A stretch of DNA of 64,000 nt. Source: Piromyces finnis finn. Its lineage: Eukaryota; Fungi; Neocallimastigomycota. Of the stretch, positions 57,199-64,000 are shown piece by piece. Both the position numbers and the translations under genes were made by a program. The notes beneath the pieces were generated by a model. That model ran no database searches, was not told where the DNA came from, and was given only the letters and a program-made list of their open reading frames with translations. Positions within the stretch are counted from its first letter, which is position 1. Every line of letters starts with the position of its first letter. The stretch lies in contig MCFH01000005.1 in assembly GCA_002104945.1 (NCBI GenBank), positions 310,001-374,000 on the forward strand. Direction: 5' to 3'.

Positions 57199-58967
57199 AT
57201 TACTATTAAATGCTTAAATAACAACTCTTAAAATGTTTATGTAAATTTAATTAAATTTTCAAAAATAATTATAAATAATCAAATTTAACTTAAATATAAT
57301 AAGAAAAATCATATATAAATAATTTAATATTAATAAAATTAAATTATATAAAACATAATTTATTTATTTTTATGGTAACTTTGTACTTTTTTAGTACAAA
57401 TATTATATTAAATTTCATTAAAAAAAATGGATATACAAATTTCTGTTATCTTTGAGATATTTTTTTTATTTAATATTAGATTTATTAATTAGTAATAATT
57501 ATAAATAGTTAATATATAATCTATATATATTTCTACAAACAACTTTATAAAAATATATTACATTATCAATTTCAAAAATATATATATTCTTTTATATCTA
57601 ATATAATGGTCTGTCCAAAGTATAATTTTAATTATAAAAAAAAAAAATAGAGGTATTATAAAAAAAATTAATTAAAAAATGATAGAATATTCAGGTTGAA
57701 AAATATATTTATTAATTATTATATGGAATAATTTTAAAAAATTATTATTATATTGAACATTAATACACTTTCTCATTTTCTAATGTTACAACTATATATA
57801 TATAAATATTCTTCAAAAATTTATATTTACAGAAATTCTTTTTTTTATATAAATATGCCACAAATTTTGCTAATAGAAACAGCAGCAATAAAATGTTATA
57901 TATATATCGGCATAAATCAATAACTATGAATAAATAAAAAAAAAAAAAAGATATTTATATCACCTTATATATATACACATTCTCTTAGTTTTTAATTCTT
58001 CTATTTCCTATTTTTTCGAGACTAAATATAAATATTAATAAAATTATGAAATATATTAAATATTATAATATTTAATTAATTTAATTTGTTTTAATATATA
58101 AAATAAAATGGAATGAAATTTTTTTAAAAAAAAAAATTTCCATTTTTAAATTAAAATAAATATTAACATATTTGAATACATTTCAATATACTTAAAAATA
58201 TATAATTATGGAATTGTTATAAAAAATGAATTATGAATTATTAAATAGTAATATTTAAATTACTCATATTACTCAAATTTTTAATAATAAAACTAAAATA
58301 AAAATAATAATTAAATAATAATTAAACAATTAAAATAAAATTAATACTAACTTTTTAGAAAAGATAAATATATATAAAATAAAAGAAAAATAATAATAAA
58401 TTAGAAAGGAAAAAGAAAAAAAAAAAAATCTCATTTCTATTATATTATTTTTATTCTTTATTTAATTTAATTAAAATTTCAAATTGGACTTTAACATTTA
58501 ATTAAAAATAATATCATAATTCAAAATCAATTATGAAAAATTAAATAAAATAAAAATATTTTATTTATAGAATAAGTAAAAGCAAAGAGTGGAAACAAAT
58601 TCATAAATAAAATATATATATTTTTGTAAAATATAAAATCAGAATATTTATATAAAAGAAAAAAAATAGAATAAAAATAGTGAATATTAATAGGCATAAA
58701 AGGTATATACATGTATGCATATTAAATTAACAAAATAAATAAAGGAATAACATTAAAGACTATTTTTTTATAGTTAATTTTAACTTTACTTCGTTATTTA
58801 TTACAATATTTAATAATTAAAGAACATTCCAAATATTGGTTTTTCATAAAGTAGAAATAGATATAAATATATAATTAAAACATAAAAACTATATCAGATA
58901 AAACTATCTCATAAAATAATTATATATTAATAGTATTTATGATTATAATAAATAAAATATAAATAAA

Positions 58968-61302
58968 ATGGAAGACTATAATAATGAAAATAACTTTTAT
59001 CAAATACCACCAAAACCCAATTTTCATGTAGATAACACAGTTTATGATAATTATGACTACAACAATTTGATAGGTATGGATATGAATTCAACCTTATCCC
59101 GTCCTGCAACCCCAACTTCACCTTTAGGTACGCCAACTAGGATTTCATCCCCTATTCCACCAAGAGTTGCATCACCAATACCACCAAGAATTTCTTCACC
59201 TATACCTCAAAGAATTTCCTCCCCAATTCCACCAAGAGTTGCTTCACCAATTCAACCAAGAGTCTCTTCACCAATACCACAAAGAATTGCTTCTCCTATT
59301 CCTAGAATTTCATCACCAATACAAAGAATAAATTCACCTTCAACAAGAGATTTAAATTCTCCTTTAAATTCGAATTTTGATTTCGAAACACATAATTTAG
59401 AAGTAAATTATAATAATGATTATAATATAAATTATATAGACAACTATAATAATAATATTGCCGAAATGAAAAGTTTAAGAAATTCAAGTAGTTTTACTTC
59501 CTTAAAACTAGAAAAGGTCAATAGTATTAAAAATTTAAGAAATTCAAATAGTGTTAACTCCTTAAGTAGTTTAAGAAATCAACAACAACAGCAACTTGTA
59601 ACTAAAAAGCCCTTGGAAATTATTGGTACACCACAAGACCAATTACAAAAATTAATTTTCCAAGCTAAAGTAATTACGAATCAACTTCAAACTCTCTCTT
59701 CTCAAGATACAAAATTAGGTATGAAATGTTATAATTTATAATAAATAATTATAGTTAAGTTTAACAATAACAATGAAAAAATATTTGTATATAAAATAGA
59801 AATTTATTCGGAAGGAAAACTTCCAAGCTATGAAAATTTAGTTAAAACAGTATCTGAAAAATTCCAAGTTCAAAGAGAAATTAACCAAGTTAGTATATTA
59901 ATTTTTTGATTATACTATAATTTTTGATAAAATAGAATATATAGTTATATACTAAATATTTTAAAATTATTGTATAATAAATAAATAAATTTGATTTTAT
60001 ATTGTAATAATATGTTAATTGGTAAAAATAAAGGCTAGTGCTAGACTTTTAACAATAAATTATATTGTAAATATAACTAATTTTTGTAGAACCCATCAAT
60101 TACACGTAAGTAATGAATGTATATATATAATTATTCAATCTATTATAATAAGGAAGTTAAAATTAAAAAAAATTATTTTCATTATTATAATAAATAATAG
60201 CAAAATATTTTAGAGGGACAAAAAAAAATTTCAGAACTTGAATCTACCATTCATATGTTAGAAAATTTCATTGAAGATATTAATGTCGAAAATGAAATGA
60301 ATAAGCAAACAGCCGAAAGATTAAAATCATCCTTAGATGATACTAGAACTATATTAGAAAATGCTATACAAGAATATAGAAAAGAAATTAATGATCATAG
60401 AAAAATTCTCAGAAAGCAAAATAATTACATTGATGTTCGTTTTCAAAATATTCTTTTAATATAATTCTTCAATTTTTTATATATATAAATTATTGATAAC
60501 GATAACATTTATTTTTAGATAAATTTTTTAATTATATATAATATAATATATTTATAATATTTAATGGATATAGGCAATTCACAATTCAAAAATTAATCAA
60601 GATTTATTAGTTGATGCTAGGTGAATATACCATTTATATTTCATATTATATTGAAAAATGAAATAATCTAAAATATAAGCTGACTCTCAAAATTGATTCT
60701 ATATAGTATATTTTGTATAGCAATGTATGTTGTCAATTTACCATTAATTGACTTTCCCCTTCATTCAATATTTCAAACATTAATGAAGCCAGGAAGAAGA
60801 AGGGCATTTACCAAACAACTTGCAAAATTAATTATGATATATTTACTTGTTAGGAAAATGAGAAAATTCGCAATTCAATACGGACTTCATAATAAGTAAG
60901 AATAATAATAACAAAATTAAATAATAATATAATAAAATAAATAATAATAATTTTTATTGTTTATCTTTTGTTTTTGTTTTTTCTGTTTATTTGTTTGTTT
61001 TTTATATGTTTTTAATTTTTCATTCAAAACTATTGCATTTAATATTATGATTCTAAATTAATTAATAACTTTTTTCATCAAATTATTTTTTAAATAATAG
61101 AATTGGATCCTTTTCACCATATTTTTATAAATTAATAAACTTTTTAATACCAACTTCATATCAAAATGAAATAAAAGATATGACATTCTTTTTATTACAA
61201 AGTAATACTAATAACAAAAATAATGTTAAAAAACCTGAAGAAATTAAAAAGATTGAATCCTTAGAAGATATGAAATCTAATATTGATATCATTACGCAAT
61301 AA
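58968..61302 (+). CDS. Hypothetical protein with RxxSP octapeptide repeats, coiled coil and C-terminal hydrophobic segments
   Basis: Phase-consistent GT-AG model: 58968-59718, 59800-59888, 60216-60434, 60574-60620, 60707-60895, 61101-61302. The last two acceptors were chosen for frame continuity. Confidence 0.65.
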
Positions 61303-61586
61303 TTACAATAATAAAAACTTTTAATAAAAACTAAAATAATAAACATCTATCATTATCATTATAAGCATAAATACTACTATATTACTAATAAATTATTATG
61401 AAAAAAAAATAAATTAATAAAATAACTATTATACATTTATATAAAAATATGAAATTATATATTTTTTATACAAACTTTTTATAAAGACAATGTGTATATA
61501 CATATATATATAGTTTAGTGGTTTTATTTAAAAATCATAAAATAACTTTTTAAACAAATAAAAAAACAAATAAAAATAAAAAATAA

Positions 61587-61620
<34 letters not shown>

Positions 61621-62553
61621 GTAATAGGCTAAACATATAATTTTATATTTTATAATTATATAATTATAGTCATTAATACAGAATTATATAAATTGTAATT
61701 AATTCTGGCATAATAGAATTTATTTATTATTCTCCAATATCATAAAAAAATATGATTTTTTTATTTTTCAATAAGTATTGTAAATTCATAGTTTTTAGTA
61801 TTAAGTATTTTAATTAAAATTTATTAATATAAAATAAAAAATTAGAAATATATTTTTACGAAGAAAAAATAAATAATATTTATAATAATTTACAATTAAA
61901 TATTACTCATTAAAAGTATTATTATAACCTCATTAAATATTTAGCCTTTTTGACTTAAAATATTATTCTTATTAAATATTATAAAAGTTTAATCTATTAA
62001 AAATTTTTTTTAATTTATTTTTTATTTAATTAATTTTTATTTTTTTTAAATCCACATTTAAAAAAAAAAGATATAAAATAAACTATATAAAAATAAAGAA
62101 ATTGATTTAAACTCTCTGAATAACATCTGAATAATATAATAATTAAAATAAAATAATAAAATAATATGATAGAAAGGGTAATTAACTATAAAATGAAGTC
62201 CAATACATATTAATTTTTTTTGTATTTATTATTTATTTGTTCATTATGAATTATTAATATTTAATAAAAGTAGCTAAGCAAAATATTAAAACGAATAGAA
62301 AATGTATAATAAAATAGGTGAATGATTCCTTAGACTATTAAATTTAATTTTTAATTATTTATTTATTTATATAATTAAAAATACAAAAACAGTAACTTGT
62401 TATTTTTAAAAAAGTGTATTTATTTAATAAAAATAAAATATAAATACATAAAATATAATAAAATATGAATATTACTTATAAAAGCAAAAATATGTAAATT
62501 TTTAAATAATAACACATATTATAATTTTTATTTTGTTATATACAATATTGAAG

Positions 62554-64000
62554 GCCCATGAATTAGTAAGAAAAGCAAAAGAAAATGTAAGAAAAGGAAA
62601 TATACAAGAAGCTGCTAATTTATATTCCGATGCTGCTGGTAAAAAAAAAAAACATAATATATACTATAATGTAAAAATTAATTATTAAGTTTTGTTTTTT
62701 CAGAAATTTACCAAAACATGTATAAACAGACAAATAATGAAGAGGTATATTTTTAAATAACTATTATGACTAACAATTTTTCAAAAAATTAACAATAGAA
62801 ATATTACTAATTAATCGTTTGAAATGTTATATAATAAAAAGGCTATAAAAACTATTCAGCAATTATATGTTCAAACAGATAAAGAAGCTAAAAGAATAAT
62901 GAAATTAATTATTGATAAGCAAAATAAAGATATAAATCAGCAACAACAAAGCAATAATAGTACGCCATTACTATCTACAACAAATATTCCTGTTCCTCAA
63001 ATATATTCCATAAAAAATCAAAGCGATAAATATAGGTATGATACTTCACAAAAAACTAATATAGATAACACTTTTACACAATCTTCATACTTGAATAATG
63101 CTCAAAATTTACTAAACAGTCCAGTAAATACAAAAACAACTATTTCAAATACAAATAATTTTTCATACCAAAATCATGGATCTATTAATCAAATTAATTC
63201 ATCTTTTAATAACTATAATCTTACTAACCCAAAAAACGCACATTCTAATGGAAATAATAATACAACATTAACTTCTTCTAATCCTTCTAATACTGGAATT
63301 AATTATAATCAACCTATGTCTTCTAATAAAAATCAGGAATTAAACTCTGTTCGACAAAATGTTTTATATAAATCCAACAGACCTAAGCCAACATTAGATA
63401 CTCGTAATGTAGTTAGTAGAAACTACTTTATTGGTCAAGCAATTACGAATAGTGCTATTCTTCTTCCACAAAATAACTATCAAGGTATATTAATATTAAA
63501 TTCTTTAAAAATATACATTAAATAATAATAGGGATTTGATACCATCATAAAATTAAATTAATAATAAATAATAATAATATTTAAAAGACAATACAAAAAC
63601 TGTCACAACAAATTATAGAAATCAGGAACCAGCTGTTATACCTGTAACGTCTTTAAATTCCAGTACAGTTGACGAAAATACTTCATCTCATTTTATTGAT
63701 CAATCTTATTTCGTATTAAAAGAAACTAAGGTTAATTATATTCTAATATTACTATATTAAACAAATAAAAAATTATTTTATCTAAATATATATATATACT
63801 TTCAAAAATTTTAAAATTATATATAAAAATTATAGAAAGATGAAGCTGAAAAAGCATTTATAAAATTTTGGGATGTAATAGATAATCTTGTTCAAAATAA
63901 AGTTTCTATGCCAGTAGCATTATTATCAGTACCATTATCAAAAGACGATAATATAGTAAATCCGATTAAAAATGATTTGTCTACCACTTCAATACCCTCA
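62554..64000 (+). CDS. 3'-partial multi-exon gene with N-terminal MIT-like helical bundle
   Basis: Exons 62554-62638, 62704-62744, 62842-63484, 63588-63730, 63836->64000 are in phase. They read AHELVRKAKENVRKGNIQEAANLYSDAAEIYQNMYKQTNNEE and later AFIKFWDVIDNLVQNKVSMPVALLSVPL. The first exon is unresolved (candidate ATG exon 62166-62177). Confidence 0.65.

Overview
Very AT-rich eukaryotic DNA with short GT-AG introns and the standard genetic code. The ORF track's TTG/GTG starts are mostly artefacts. An anaerobic gut fungus (Neocallimastigomycota) is the most likely source, inferred from composition and gene content. From left to right the window holds: (1) the 3' 17.4 kb of a giant intronless coiled-coil gene with nested tandem repeats, two transmembrane helices and an FFAT-like FVDA motif array; (2) an 8-exon Rab GDI gene; (3) an intronless multipass membrane gene; (4) a multi-exon gene resembling Fanconi anaemia FANCA; (5) a decayed ankyrin gene split by a 5.4-kb APE-RT non-LTR retrotransposon with a 13-bp TSD, poly(A) tail, single long ORF, a D-to-N change at an RT catalytic Asp and a five-hairpin 5' leader; (6) a 10-exon ZRSR2/URP-type splicing factor with an ~81-copy AAT (poly-Asn) tract; (7) a 14.4-kb intronless RNF213/mysterin-like AAA+/RZ-finger E3 ligase with no visible RING; (8) an RxxSP-repeat coiled-coil gene; (9) a partial MIT-like gene. 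The strongest candidates for novelty are the RNF213-like gene, the FANCA-like gene and the retrotransposon's structured leader. All homology calls come from motif recognition and recalled reference sequences; no database search was run.
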